This document shows positions 36,063 to 48,900 of a stretch of DNA of 64,000 nt, in pieces (positions within the stretch are counted from its first letter, which is position 1; every line of letters begins with the position of its first letter). The position numbers were made by a program, and so were the translations under genes. Origin of the DNA: Octopus vulgaris. Its lineage: Eukaryota. The stretch covers positions 70,866,001-70,930,000 of the forward strand of contig OX597818.1 in the NCBI GenBank assembly GCA_951406725.2, in the 5' to 3' direction. The notes beneath the pieces are model-generated. The model was not told where the DNA came from. It was given only the letters and a program-made list of their open reading frames with translations, and did no database searches.

Positions 36063-38174
36063 TATTTTTTAGAAAATTATAATACATACATGCATACACA
36101 TATCTCTCCCTCTCTCTCTCTCTCTTTCTCTCTCACTGTCTCTCTCTCTTACTATCTCTCCCTCACTGTCTCTCTCTCTATATCTCTCTCAGTATAAATA
36201 TATATATATATATGTATAAAACAGATTAAACTCTATATAATATATCTTGTTTTTCTTATTTTTTCCAGAATCAGTGAGAGGACAATAATAATCCTTCTAC
36301 AAGCTCTGAACATCTATTTGAAGTTGAGATTTTTGCCGATGAGTTGAACATTCGTCAAAGAATTAATTACTCACACTCCTTTGCTACCAGTCTCTTTCTG
36401 TCCTTCCACAAAATTATTTCTTATGTTTTCCAGAAACAGTTTATATTTTCCTCCCTTTTTCTAATTTGAAATTGCGATGTTGAGAAAGTCTGTGATGCAT
36501 AGCAACACCTTCAGTATAGCACTTCCCCACTGGTCATACAGAAGATTAATTTAAAAATACCAACAAAAATTTAAAATCATAAAAGACAAGTGTCACTAGA
36601 AATGAGGAAAAAATTTCAATTAACTTAAAACTAAATTAACGAAAAAACAAATCAAAAAAATATCTGAGAAAGAAATCCTAGAAATAAACTGTTCAATAAG
36701 AGAAGAATTTGAGGAGCCAAATATATGGTAAGTAAACTATTATTTCATTGTTACAACAGACAGCATTGTGTGGCAGTATTGGTAGAAGACCAAACATAAT
36801 ATCTGAATGTAAAGAGAGAATATGTTTCTGAGTGAATACAATGTATTTATACATAACTGAATTGGGGTTGGCTTGTGAATGTTCTGGCAATTGATGAAAT
36901 AAATATCAGTCATGTAATGGGCCCAGTTTGATCCCTTTATACCTTCTTTTCCATTTATATCTCTTTCCCCTTCAGATTTGTTACCTTGTGACTGCTTTAG
37001 AAATGTTTAGCAGCAGAAATGAAAGAACCTCAGAAAGGGAATTGTTATGTTCCATTATGGTGGTCATGGGGTCAAAATGTTTACATGACAATCAAATGGT
37101 TACGGATTCAGTTGGACTGTGTGGTACGTTGAGCAAATGTTTTCTACCAGAGCCTCAGCTCAGCCCAAGCCTTGTCAGTGACATTGGAGAGACAATAATG
37201 ATGTAGAAGTCTTGTTGGGAGACTAAATCTGATCTTTTGGATGTGACATCAAATCAGTCCCTCATTTCAATACCATTCCTTGACCCTAGAACTATTCACT
37301 TTGTCTTTTGTCTAAAGATACTGCATCAATCATGGCTTCTTCTCTCTCTTTACTCCACTAATCTCAGCTCCCTTATAAGGCGGTGAGCTGGCAGAATTGT
37401 TAGCACACTAGATAAAATGCATAGGGGCATTTCTTCCATCTTAAAGTTCTGAGTTCAAATTCTGCCAGCATCAACTTTGACTTTCATTCTTTCAAGGTCA
37501 ATAAAAGAAGTAACTGTTAGTTGAACACCAGGGTTAATGTAATCAACCATCCCACCGCTCTGAAATTACTGGCCCAGTGCTAAAATGGGAAAACAATATC
37601 AGTTCCTTTACAAAAACTGTCGTGGATTTTCTGAGTTATTTTCTGAGTTGCCAGGCTTAACTTAGCTTTCCTGATGGGAGGAAGAAGAGGCTCAATAAAC
37701 AAATACGTGCAGGAGGGGTTATTTCATTAACTACACACAACTTTCTTAGACCCCTTTACATTAAATTCCACTTGAGTCAATTTTGTCTTTCATCATTCTT
37801 GAGATGATAGCCAAGTACTGCCCAAAGGTGAAGAATTGGTGGAATATTTTGAAGTATTTGTTTTGGTTCTGTATGTTCTTAGTTCAAACCTCATCTTCTC
37901 TTACCAAGGGAAAGTGAAAACAAAAAAAAACAAAACCCAACCATTCAACACTCAGCAAGAAAACAGAGAAAGGCTTCGTCGACTCTTTTCATGCAAATCC
38001 ACCAGTTGTATATATGTTTGTGTGTTTCTGTGTGTGTGTGTGAGAGAGAATGTCCAATGTGTTCTAGTCAATTAAGAACCCTACTGTCTAGGGTCACCTA
38101 CTCTATTTAAGACTGAGGATGGGTCAAAGGAGATTTTACTGCTATTCCTAACACATACAGGTGCCATTGTTTGC

Positions 38175-39512
38175 TCATGTGGAATTTCAACCGTGTTTCG
38201 TGGTTTGCTACCACAACAGCTCCTTTATAGGATCCAGTTAGCTCAAGACATCATCAGGAGGAACCACGTCCGGTTTCAGCCCCTACTTCTCTACCGTTTT
38301 GACATGCCCCCCCCCCCCTTCGGAGGTGTCTTCAGATTTGGTGTTGGGCGTATGTCTTCTTTCTTCTGTTCCCTGGCCTCTTCGATGTATTGTCAGTGAG
38401 TGTCAGCTGGTGACTGATTGACTTGTCAAATTTTTCCCTTTAAATACCTGCTGTTAGGCTCCAGCAAGCAGCCCCAGCAAGTTGTCATGTGACACTGTCT
38501 CACCTTAACTGACCAGTGAAGGCGTGTAGTCTTAGCCCACGCATTTTCTAAATGACCGTTGCCTGTCAGTCAGCGAGGCTAATTCAGTGTCAGCTTGTCT
38601 CACCTAGCGATGTTATTTCCCGCCGGCATGTTATGACTTTCAAGCCATTTTCGGTCTTCCCGCTTCAGCCATATATAGAAGCTGGCTTTTTCGACCGCCT
38701 CCTGTACTCTCCTTATTAGTTTTCTCAGCTCCAAGCAAGAAAAAACAAATCTTCTTTTGAATAGCATTGTCATTTTTCTTTCAATGAAGTCTCTAGTCCC
38801 CACTGCCAGGTGGTAATATTCGACATTCCATCCCTGTTCTCTGCATTCTTCAATTAGTTTTCCGTACCTCTTCTCCTTTCGATTCTCTGCATTGCCAGTG
38901 TTCTCTTCCCAAGGTACTGTCAGTTCTAGTAAAATTCCTATTCTCCGGTCTCTGTTCCATAGAACTAAATCCGGTCTTTTTGTTGTTTTTATTAGTGGAA
39001 ATATTACTTGTCTTTCCAAGTCCGTGGCCACCTCTCAGTATCCCTTCCATCTTTCGTCTATCTCGTATACTTTACTTGTAGGTCTGGTTTTATATCCTTT
39101 TCCCTCCTTCTGGAAGTATACTTTCCTGCGCTTTTCCCCTTTTGGGTACTCTCCCCTATTGTACCTCTCAATCTTCTCCTTGAGTGCTGCACTTATGACA
39201 CTGAGGACTTGATTATGCTGCCATGTATATCTTTCTAGTGCTAGTCTGCAGTTTTACAGAACATGTCTAACCGTCGCTTTCTCTCCGCATCTACATTCAT
39301 CGGTTGTTTTTATGTTCCACCGGACTAAGTTTGCCGGTGAGGGTAGAACGTCGAAGGTAGACTTGATCAGGAAGGATGTTCTTGCTTGTTCCCAAGCCCA
39401 AAGTTCCTTCCATGATATTCTGCGGCTGATCACATATTCGTCCCATCTCAAGCACTGTCCCTGTTGACTACATTGCACCAATTGTACATTTTGTCTTTCT
39501 TCTTCCTCCTCC

Positions 39513-39514
<2 letters not shown>
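38175..39514 (-). mobile_element. 5'-truncated HERO-like (REL endonuclease) non-LTR retrotransposon
   Basis: SWKELWAWEQARTSFLIKSTFDVLPSPANLVRW, a zinc knuckle CRCGEKATVRHVL*NC, RYTWQHNQVL, then RPDLVLW...LELTVPWEEN (ORF 38600-39031). The 5' break abuts a (TAG)n tract. Confidence 0.9.
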
Positions 39515-39553
<39 letters not shown>

Positions 39554-39637
39554 TAACAATGCATCACCTTAAATTTCAAATCTCCAGAACCTTTTAAAAC
39601 ATTACAGAAAACATATAAATGTTTATATATATACATC

Positions 39638-39685
<48 letters not shown>

Positions 39686-39690
39686 TATAT

Positions 39691-39942
39691 TTCCGAGCTG
39701 GTGACACGTAAAAAGCACCAACCGATTGTGGCCGTTGCCAGCCTCCTCTGGCTTCTGTGCCGGTGGCACATAAAAAGCACCCACTACACTCACAGAGTGG
39801 TTGGTGTAAGGAAGGGCATCCAGCTGTAGAAACACTGCCAGATCATACTGGAGCCTGGTGCAACCTCCTGGCTTCCCAGACCCCAGTTGAACCATCCAAC
39901 CCATGCTAGCATGGAAAATGGACGTTAAACAATGATGATGAT
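39691..39942 (+). mobile_element. Short RTE LINE 3' copy
   Basis: Very similar to 42540-42778, with an (ATG)n tail, inside (TA)/(CA) microsatellite. Confidence 0.9.
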
Positions 39943-39999
39943 ATATTGAGTGTGTACATATATATATATATATAATGTGTGTGTATATATATATATATA

Positions 40000-41885
40000 T
40001 TGCCAATGTCCTGCGCCGTGAGGATGAAAGACTTGAGGTATTTCGTGTTGCAAGACAGTGTGTGAGAGAGAATCGTGACATGGTAGGAGAGAAATGTGTT
40101 CGCAAGGATGACGGTTCACTTGCGCTAAATGAGGATGCAAAGAGAGAGGCTTGGAGACGCCACTATGAAAGGTTGCTGAATGAGGAAAATGAATGGGATA
40201 AAGAGAGTCTCCCGAATGTCGACCCAACAGAGGGACCAGCAATCCGAGTTAACAGTTCCTTAGTAGATAAGGCAATTAGAAGCATGAAAACAGGAAAAGC
40301 CCCAGGCCCATCAGGAATTACTGCAGAGATGCTCAAAATATCTGGTAGCGTCGGCTATAGCTTAGTCACCCGTATAGTAAACCAGGTGATACATGAAGGA
40401 GTCATACCCAATGACTGGTGTAGCAGCATAATAGTCAACTGCTACAAAGGTAAAGGCGACGCCCTAGATACAAATAACTACAGGGGCATCAAGCTGCTGG
40501 ATCAGGTAATGAAGGTTATGGAGAGGGTTATAGCCCAATTAATTAGAGAGAGAGTTAGCTTAGATGATATGCAGTTTGGGTTCGTGCCAGGGAAAAGTAC
40601 TACTGATGCTATATTCCTGGTAAGACAGCTGCAGGAGAAATACCTAGCCAAAGATAAGCCCTTGTATCTGGCTTTTGTTGACTTCGAGAAAGCCTTTGAC
40701 AGGGTCCCCCGATCCCTAATCTGGTGGTCAATGAGGAAACTAGGGATAGATGAATGGTTAGTGAGAGCTGTGCGAGCCATGTAGAGACGCTGCTAGTAAG
40801 GTGAGGGTTGGCAACGAGTACAGTGAAGAATTCCGGGTAGAGGTTGGGGTCCACCAAGGTTCAGTCCTCAGTCCCCTCCTATTTATCATAGTCCTCCAGG
40901 CAATAACGGAGGAATTCAAGACAGGATGCCCCTGGGAGCTCCTCTATGCTGATGACCTTGCTCTAATTGCTGAGTGGAGGAGAAGTTTCAGGTGTGGAAA
41001 CAAGGATTAGAATCGAAGGGCCATAGAATCAACCTAGCCAAAACCAAAGTCCTAATAAGTAGGAAGGTGGACCAATCACAAACGACTTCAGGTAGATGGC
41101 CCTGCTCGATCTGTAAAAAAGGTGTAGGTAGAAACTCTATAAGGTGCACCAAGTGTAAGCTATGGACACATAAGAGGTGCAGCAATGTCAAAGGAAGGCT
41201 AACTAAGAAAATAGTTTTTGTCTGTGGCAGATGCTCAGGAGCAATAAACACTGGAAATGTGCAGAGACCAACTTCTACCACGTTCCAGGGAGACAAACTA
41301 GAAGTAGTTGATAGCTTCTGCTACCTAGGAGACCAAGTCAGTAGCGGGGGTGGGTATGCTGAAAGTGTAACTGCTAGAGTAAGAATAGCCTGGGCAAAGT
41401 TTAGAGAGCTCTTACCCCTGCTGGTGACAAAAGGCCTCTCGCTAAGAGTAAAAGGCAGACTGTATGATGCATGTGTACGTACAGCCATGTTACATGGTAG
41501 TGAAACATGGGCCGTGACTGCTGAGGATATGCGTAAGCTCGCAAGAAATGAAGCCAGTATGCTCCAATGGATGTGTAATGTCAGTGTTCATAATCGTCAG
41601 AGTGTAAGTACTTTGAGAGAAAAGTTGAACCTAAGAAGCGTCAGTTGTGGTGTGCAAGAGAGACGGCTGCACTGGTATGGTCATGTGACGAGAATGGCTG
41701 AAGATAGTTGTGTGCAAAAGTGCTACACCCTAGTAGTTGAGGGAACCTGTGGAAGAAGTAGACCCAGGAAAACCTGGGACGAGGTGGTGAAGCACGACCT
41801 TCGAACTTTAGGTCTCACCAAGGAAATGACTAGAGACCGAGTCCTATGGAAGTGTGCTGTGCATGAGAGGACCCGGCAGGACTAG
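40000..41885 (+). pseudogene. RTE ORF2 reverse transcriptase, split by two frameshifts
   Basis: Three consecutive ORFs (39975-40784, 40801-41010, 40974-41885) join into one RT. Breaks at about 40783 (gccatgtagag) and about 40973 (just after YADDLALIAE). Confidence 0.93.
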
Positions 41886-42778
41886 TCAGGCCATAACCCG
41901 TGGCTCCTACCTGGGACGTAGTCGGTCCACCTGTGCATACCTTCCTTCTTGTGACACTTGTGAAGACCTGCTGAGGCAAGTGAAAATCAATCAAAACAAA
42001 TCAAAATAGATGAACATCAATGGAATTTGTATCTTTGTGGTACCAGTGCCGGTGTCACACAAGAAAACCATCCGAACGTGGCCGTAGCCAGTACCGCATC
42101 GACTGGCCTCCGTGCTGTGGGCACATGACAAACACCATCCGATCGTGGCCGTTCGCCAGCCTCATCTGGCACCTGTGTCGGTGGCACATAAAAACACCAT
42201 CTGAAGACCCGGCAAGACTAGTCAGGTCATAACCCGTGGCCCCTACCTGGGACGTAGTCAGTCCACCTGTGCATACCTTCCTTCTTGTGACACTTGTGAA
42301 GACCTGTTGAGGCAAGTGAAAATCAAAAAAAAAAAAATCAAAATCAAAACAAATCAAAATAGATGAACATCAATGGAATTTGTATCTTTGTGGTACCAGT
42401 TCCGGTGGCACACAAGAAAACCATCCGAACGTGGCCGTAGCCAGTACCGCATCGACTGGCCTCCGTGCTGTGGGCACGTAACAAACACCATCCGATCGTG
42501 GCCGTTTGCCAGCCTCGTCTGGCACCTGTGTCGGTGGCACATAAAAACACCATCCGAGCGTGGCCATTTGCCAGCCTCATCTGGCACCTGTGTCGGTGGC
42601 ACATAAAATCACCCACTACACTCTCGGTGTGGTTGGCGTTAGGAAGGGCATCCAGCTGTAGAAACACTGCCAGATCTGACTGGACTGGTTCAGCCTTCGG
42701 GCTCCCCAGACCCCAGTTGAACCGTCCAACCCATGCTAGCATGGAAAGCGGACGTTAAATGATGATGATGATGATGAT
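40000..42778 (+). mobile_element. Young 5'-truncated RTE-clade LINE (RT + PHD finger + duplicated 3' UTR)
   Basis: RT motifs KAPGPSGI, YRGIKLL, QFGFVPGKSTTDAIF, FVDFEKAFDRVP, GVHQGSVLSPLLF and LLYADD; RTE C-terminus RPRKTW; (GAT)n tail; (TA)n on both flanks; APE domain absent. Confidence 0.97.
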
Positions 42779-43433
42779 ATATATATATATATATACACAC
42801 ATACATACAGTATAAGGTGTGGTCCCTCATAGACAAGAACATATTGGGGGATGCACAGACAGATGTGTGCATGTGTGTTTAATAACAAAAAGAAAGGAAC
42901 TTTTGAAAAATTTTGAAAAATTTTTGATTGTTTTTCTATATTTCTTTAAATCTTCACTTTGCTTTTGGATGGATATTTTTGTTGTTTTTCAAATGTGCAA
43001 TATGATGTAGTGGTGGGGTTGGTACAAGAATTGAGAGTAAAGAGTGATAATGATGCAATAATGAGAAGCAAAAACAAATACCTCCTAAAAGAATATACAC
43101 ATGCACATACGCATGTGTGTGCATAAGAAATTACAGAGATGAAGGTAGTAAAAAAAAGTCAAAGAAAGAAAGGAATGTAGCAGACCAAAAGAAGATGGTT
43201 ATCATAAGGAAATGATTCAGAGAAAAAAAAGATGTTTATAAATAAATAAATGTAAATAAATACATAAATAAAATTAATTTAAATGGTTAGATTGGTAAAG
43301 CAGGTAAAGTATTGATTTAATTTGATGAAAGTAAAGAAATATTTACATCCAAGCCAGGAAGATGTTATATTTTACAAAATTGCCAACCACTCCCTCTCTC
43401 TCTCTCTCTCTCTCTCACCATGTATGTGTGTGT

Positions 43434-43547
<114 letters not shown>

Positions 43548-44199
43548 TGAAGAATCTCTCTATCTTCCTCTTGCTTTCTTTTTTACTCTTTCATTTTTTT
43601 CAATGTCAGTATTCACAAAGATAGATTGAAATTAATAGGTTTAAGGATCGATAATTTAAAAGTATCTCCATCTCAACATTTCTAGTGAGATCCTGATATT
43701 TTGCAGAAGAATACCAAAATTGTTTAGTGCAAAGGAAATGTTGCTATTCTTTGTCTTACAATATCAAATATATATTGTACTATTTTGTTACCAAGAAAAT
43801 TCTGTAGTTACCATTCAATGTGATGCATGCATCAAAGATTTTATCGTTTTCTTTGTGTGCATGTGCGTGTTTTTCCTTTTTTGATGAAAAGAAAGCAAAA
43901 AGTGACTTTGATGATGGAAACCTCTTATAACTAAATCCCACCCCACCCCACCTAAATTGCAATGTTTCATTCGGTAGATTTAAATTCAATACTTCATGGT
44001 TTTTGATAATTTAATAATCTTAAACTTCCTTGTTTGATTTTGATGTGTTGTTTTTGCTTTGCCTCTTATTTAAGAAATGTATTCTGTTCTGTGTAAAGAT
44101 GGATTGAAATGTTGTCAGATGTTTTACTTTTACTTGCTGGGTCTGGAATAAGAGCCAGTGCTCATGGCCTCTGTAGCTCTTCTGATAGCAGTGAGATTG

Positions 44200-44720
44200 A
44201 TGCCATAAATATTTCTCTAAAAAAAGTGAATACCTGCCCGAAAGATATAAGCAGAAACGGAAATGCAGGAAACAGATGTTCTGCAAAAGAAGGACTGAGG
44301 GCATAATGGTTAGTGTGGGACTTGAGAAGGAGTGGAACACAACAAGGATGATATGAGGAGAGATTTGTAGGTTGGGAATGCATGAGTGGAGGTGGTATGA
44401 GCCCAGCAGAGGCTATTATAGTAGCAGTAGAAAAGCCAGAGGGAGGGGACACTCTATGTCTGTGGGCTTGAAATTGTATCTGCCACTGGCTTTATGACCT
44501 TTTTCTGGATGTAATCTGGGACGTCTGTGTGTTTGTACAACAGCAGTGCTATCCCAAATATAAGAGCAAATTCTCTACTTGCAGGCCTCATCAGGGCTTT
44601 GTAGAGCATCAAGAATTATTGGGATCAAAAAGACAAGAACGTCATTGGTGTGCAGCCCTGTTTTTACAATCAGAGATCTTCAATGATGGTGACACCCAAC
44701 AGTTCAAAATGTTTTGAGGA
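44200..44720 (-). mobile_element. Degenerate L2/CR1-group LINE 3' ORF remnant
   Basis: Frame-broken LMLYKALMRP, CSYIWD, DYIQKKVIK, SVPSLWLFYCYYNSLC and HTNHYALS follow the order of the group's C-terminal motifs. Confidence 0.65.
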
Positions 44721-45057
44721 TTCTAATTCAGTGTTGTTCATAATTAAGTAGAAAGTATTCTTTATATGAGGAATACTAGTAATTTCTTGTTGTTAAAAGA
44801 GGCATGACAATGATAATAACAACAATAATCTTTTCTACTATAGGCTCAAGGCCAGCAATTTTGGGAAAGGGGCTAAGGGAATTACATCAATCCTAGTACT
44901 CAGCTGGTACTTATCAACCCCGAAAGGAAGAAAGCCAAAGTCAACCATGTTGGCATGTGAACTCAGGAAACAAAGGAAAACAAAATATCGCTAAGCATTA
45001 AGTGCAGTGTGCTAATGGTTCTGCCAGCTCACCTCTTTAATGATGATAATAATAATA

Positions 45058-45649
45058 CCGAGTGTAGGGTGTAACCACTTATGAGTACCCCTCATTCATT
45101 GGACAATAAACTTTGCTTACGAAGACCTACTGAGGCAAGTGAAATCAAATCAAAATCGCTGACATGGCTGATGACAGTACTGCCTGATTGGCACTCATGC
45201 CAGTGGAAAGTTGAAAGCACATCTGAGTGTGAGAGTTGCTAGGGCCACGGATTGGTTCCTATGATGGTAACATGTAAAAAGCACCATTCAAGCATGATCG
45301 TTGCCAGCATCACCTTACCAGCACATGTCCCAGTGGCACATAAAAAGCAACATTCGAGCATGGTCGTTGCCAGTGCCACCGGACAGGCTCCCATGCAGGT
45401 AGCACGTAAAAAACACTTTTTGAGTGTGGTTGTTGCCAGAACTGCCTGACTGGCCCTCATGCTGGTAGCATGTAAAAGCATCCACTACACTCTCAGAGTG
45501 GTTGGCATTAGGAAGGGCATCCAGCTGTAGAAACTTTGCCAGATCAGATTGAGCCTGGTGCAGCCTCTGGCTCACTAGTCCTCAGTCAAACCGTCCAACC
45601 CATGCCAGCATGGAAAGCAGACGTTAAACGAGGATGATGATGATGATGA
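45058..45649 (+). mobile_element. RTE LINE 3' UTR copy
   Basis: gaagaccta.tgaggcaagtgaaatc, repeated taaaaagcacc units, terminal ggaaagcagacgttaaac and (GAT)n. Confidence 0.88.
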
Positions 45650-45659
45650 CCACTCAGGT

Positions 45660-45930
45660 GCCCTGCAAATCACCAGAAAAGGGTAAAGTAAATAAAGACA
45701 GTAAAGTTGAAGCTTGTGTAGAGTAGATGGGATAAAACAGAACAAGGCAGAAAAGGGAAAAGTAAAAGAGTCTTGAAGGAGGAAAGGATGCAGAAACACA
45801 AAATCAGGGGTTGGTTTAGTGAATTTTGGGAAATGGAAATTTTGAAGGGTGCAGTGTGTTGACAGGTAACAACTGATGCAAGTAGTTAATTCCTTGCTTT
45901 GACAATTCTGAAGGTTAGAAAAGTGTTTTC
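45660..45930 (-). mobile_element. CR1 3' end remnant
   Basis: TFLTFRIVKARN*LLASVVTCQHTAPFK parallels HFFTLRVAEAWNKLPASVVDCHDTASFK at 26210-26290. Confidence 0.65.
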
Positions 45931-48900
45931 AGAAATTATGTCTCTGAATGTAGAGGATCCCCTGCTGTTACTGTTTAACCACAGGTCGATTTTGATCATT
46001 CAGAACTATGATGAAAGACATTCCAGCTTTGACTGTCCTATCTTTCTCAATATCAGAATATTATATTATTTAGTATGTTCTTCTGGGTTTTTTGGGGGGA
46101 GGGGGTGGTTCAAGATAGCAGCATAGTGTGATTTGAGGGAAATCAGCTGCTATTTCTAGCAGATCTAACAGCCACGTAGAAGCTCTCTTGTTGTTATAAG
46201 GTGATAGGTAGTATATGTAGAGGATCAAAATCTAATTCAGGCTGATTTATAAAGAAAGGAGTCTCTTTTGTAAATTTATCCACCATTTATTTCTTCCAAA
46301 ACTAATTACAGGCCATGATATTGAATTCCAAAGAAACTGTTGGGAGAATTATACAAATTCTTTAATTACTTCTGCTTCTGTAATTAAAAATGGCCAAACA
46401 TTAACCAGAAACTTCAGCAACATTACAATTTCGCTTTTTCTTTTTCTTTTTTTTTACATGACAAGACCAGAAATTTATAGACAGGTGAGATAGACCTGAA
46501 TCATGTTTACCTGTATATCTTTGATATTCCTGTTACCTTCTCTCTTGAAGATGAAAACTAAAGGCAGAACTGAAGATAGGGATAGAAAGCAACTGCCTAC
46601 GGTGCTAGATTCTAGAACACTAAAAGTGAAATAAATATGTAAATATTTTTCTAATCCTAGCCTTAATATCCATTTCTTTCACTGAAGAATTGTTTTAGTT
46701 AGAACAAAATTTTTAACAGAAAATTGAGTCATTGTAAATTCAACTATTGATATTATATCGCACACAAGATATTTTTAAAGTTGTTACTGCACAGTTATAT
46801 CAGGGAGTTTATTGCAGTGATGGCCTGAACACTGAATACTCTGGCTAGTGCCAGGATATTCCACAAGTAATGGTGAGCCCAGTAATACCTGAATTCAGAA
46901 ACGAGAAAGGCAGAACTACATACTCACAAGTAATCAGTCTAATCCTCTGTCACTCCTCCAGAAGCCAGCAAAGGAGCTTCTGCATCATCTTTCAGTTTGC
47001 TGGAAATGGCAACTAGATCTCCCTCTAATCATATCTTACCTCTTTAGATAACGGGAAGAAATGAAGTATTAGAAAAACTTCTAGAAGGAGGGGATGGTCA
47101 TGGCTAGAATGCCTTTAATAATGGGGTCTGAGGAAGTCTGAAGAATATCGAAGCTGGAGTTAAACAACAGCCCCTCTACATTCAAAACTCACAAATTTAA
47201 ATCTATAAAGTCTATAACTTTCAAGAGCTTCTCCCAATCAATTGAGAGCTATGTGTATATTGATGTCTGCTAAGAACAGAACATTTAAACAAAGGAAAAA
47301 AACCGTCTTACAAAATCTAACAAAACTTTACAAAATTCTCTACAGGATGCTTTAAAACCACATCATTTTGGGTTCGGTGCCACTGTGGTATGCTACCTTG
47401 GGCAAATGTCTTCAACTACAACCCCAGGCTGACCAAATGTCTTGTAAGGGAATTGGATTGATGGAAACTATATGGAAGCCCATCATGAATGTGTGTCTTT
47501 GAGCTTGTTTCTGCAAACTACTTGACAGCCAGTGTTAGCTTGGTTATATTCTTGTAACTTAATATTTCACCAAAGAGACTAACAATAAATGCCAAACTTA
47601 AAAACAACCAAGTTCTGATGAAGGTCGTGCTCCAGCAAAGTCACACTTCACTCACTGGAACAAATTAAAGATAGATTTCTACAAAATTTACATTCTGCAA
47701 AAAAAAAAAAAAAAAAATTGTTTCTATAATATTGCTACAAAATTTCTAGAATATTTTTTTTTTTAATGATAAAATTCTTATGAAATTTCTAAAAATTTGA
47801 CAATATTTTCATAAAAGCTTTTTAATTTTTTTATTTCCACAAAATTTTGCCAAATACTATGACAGATACACAAAATGTAATATCATAATTCTATAATTGT
47901 GCATGCAGTTATGTGTATGTGTACATGTGTATATATACATGTGTGTGTATGTATGTATGTGTGTGTGTGTGTGCATGTGTTTGTGTGTGTGCATATTTGT
48001 GTGTGTGTATGTGTGTGTGCATAAAACCCAGTACAAGTGTCTTTCACTGTAAATTTATATCAACTAATATCTTGAATAATCAAAAATGCTATGGAAGGAA
48101 ATAGGTTTAATTTGTTGTCCTGTTTAATACTTTGTGTTTGTTTCCCCAACTGCTTGACAGCCTGTGTTAGCTCGGTTACATTCTTGTAACCGAGCTAACA
48201 CTGCAGATCTTCAGTGGAGTCCAGTTAATGACCGACATTTCAGCCAGGTTTCTAGTCTGGGCTCAACTAATTCCTGTTCCAGTATGGGAACCTTGTAAAA
48301 GGATTATGAGTAGAACCCTTCTTCTTTTGATTATATCTTTTAGAATTATTTTTATGTATCATTTCAATTATTTTGTATTAGCTTTTCCATACTGGTATTA
48401 GCTGGACTAGTCTCACCAATGCCCCACCTATTGCCAACCCTTTCAGTTGATGTACAAATGTGGAATGGCTATTCAACTACTGTGATACAAACACACATGT
48501 GTGAGCACATACACAACAACCTCTCTGAAGAAAGCAGCCAGTTTGCACTGGTGTTAGACAGGACATCCAAACACTGGAATCATGTCATAACAAGCACTGG
48601 AGCATGATGCTGCTAATCAACTGATCATGTTGATTAGCGAAACGTGCAACCTGTGCCAGCATGGAAAAAAAAAGACATTGAACAATGACAAAGAACGATG
48701 ACAAAAAATTGTTTCTAAAATAGAGGCACAATTTTGAAGATTTAGAGAGAGAAGTATAATCAATTATATCAGCCCCAGTACATGACTGGTACTTTATTTT
48801 ATTGATCTTAGAAGGATAAAAGCTAAAGTGACCACAGCAGAATTTATGCTCAGAATGTTAAGAGCCAGAAACTGTGTATGAATTAAAACAAAGAGACATG

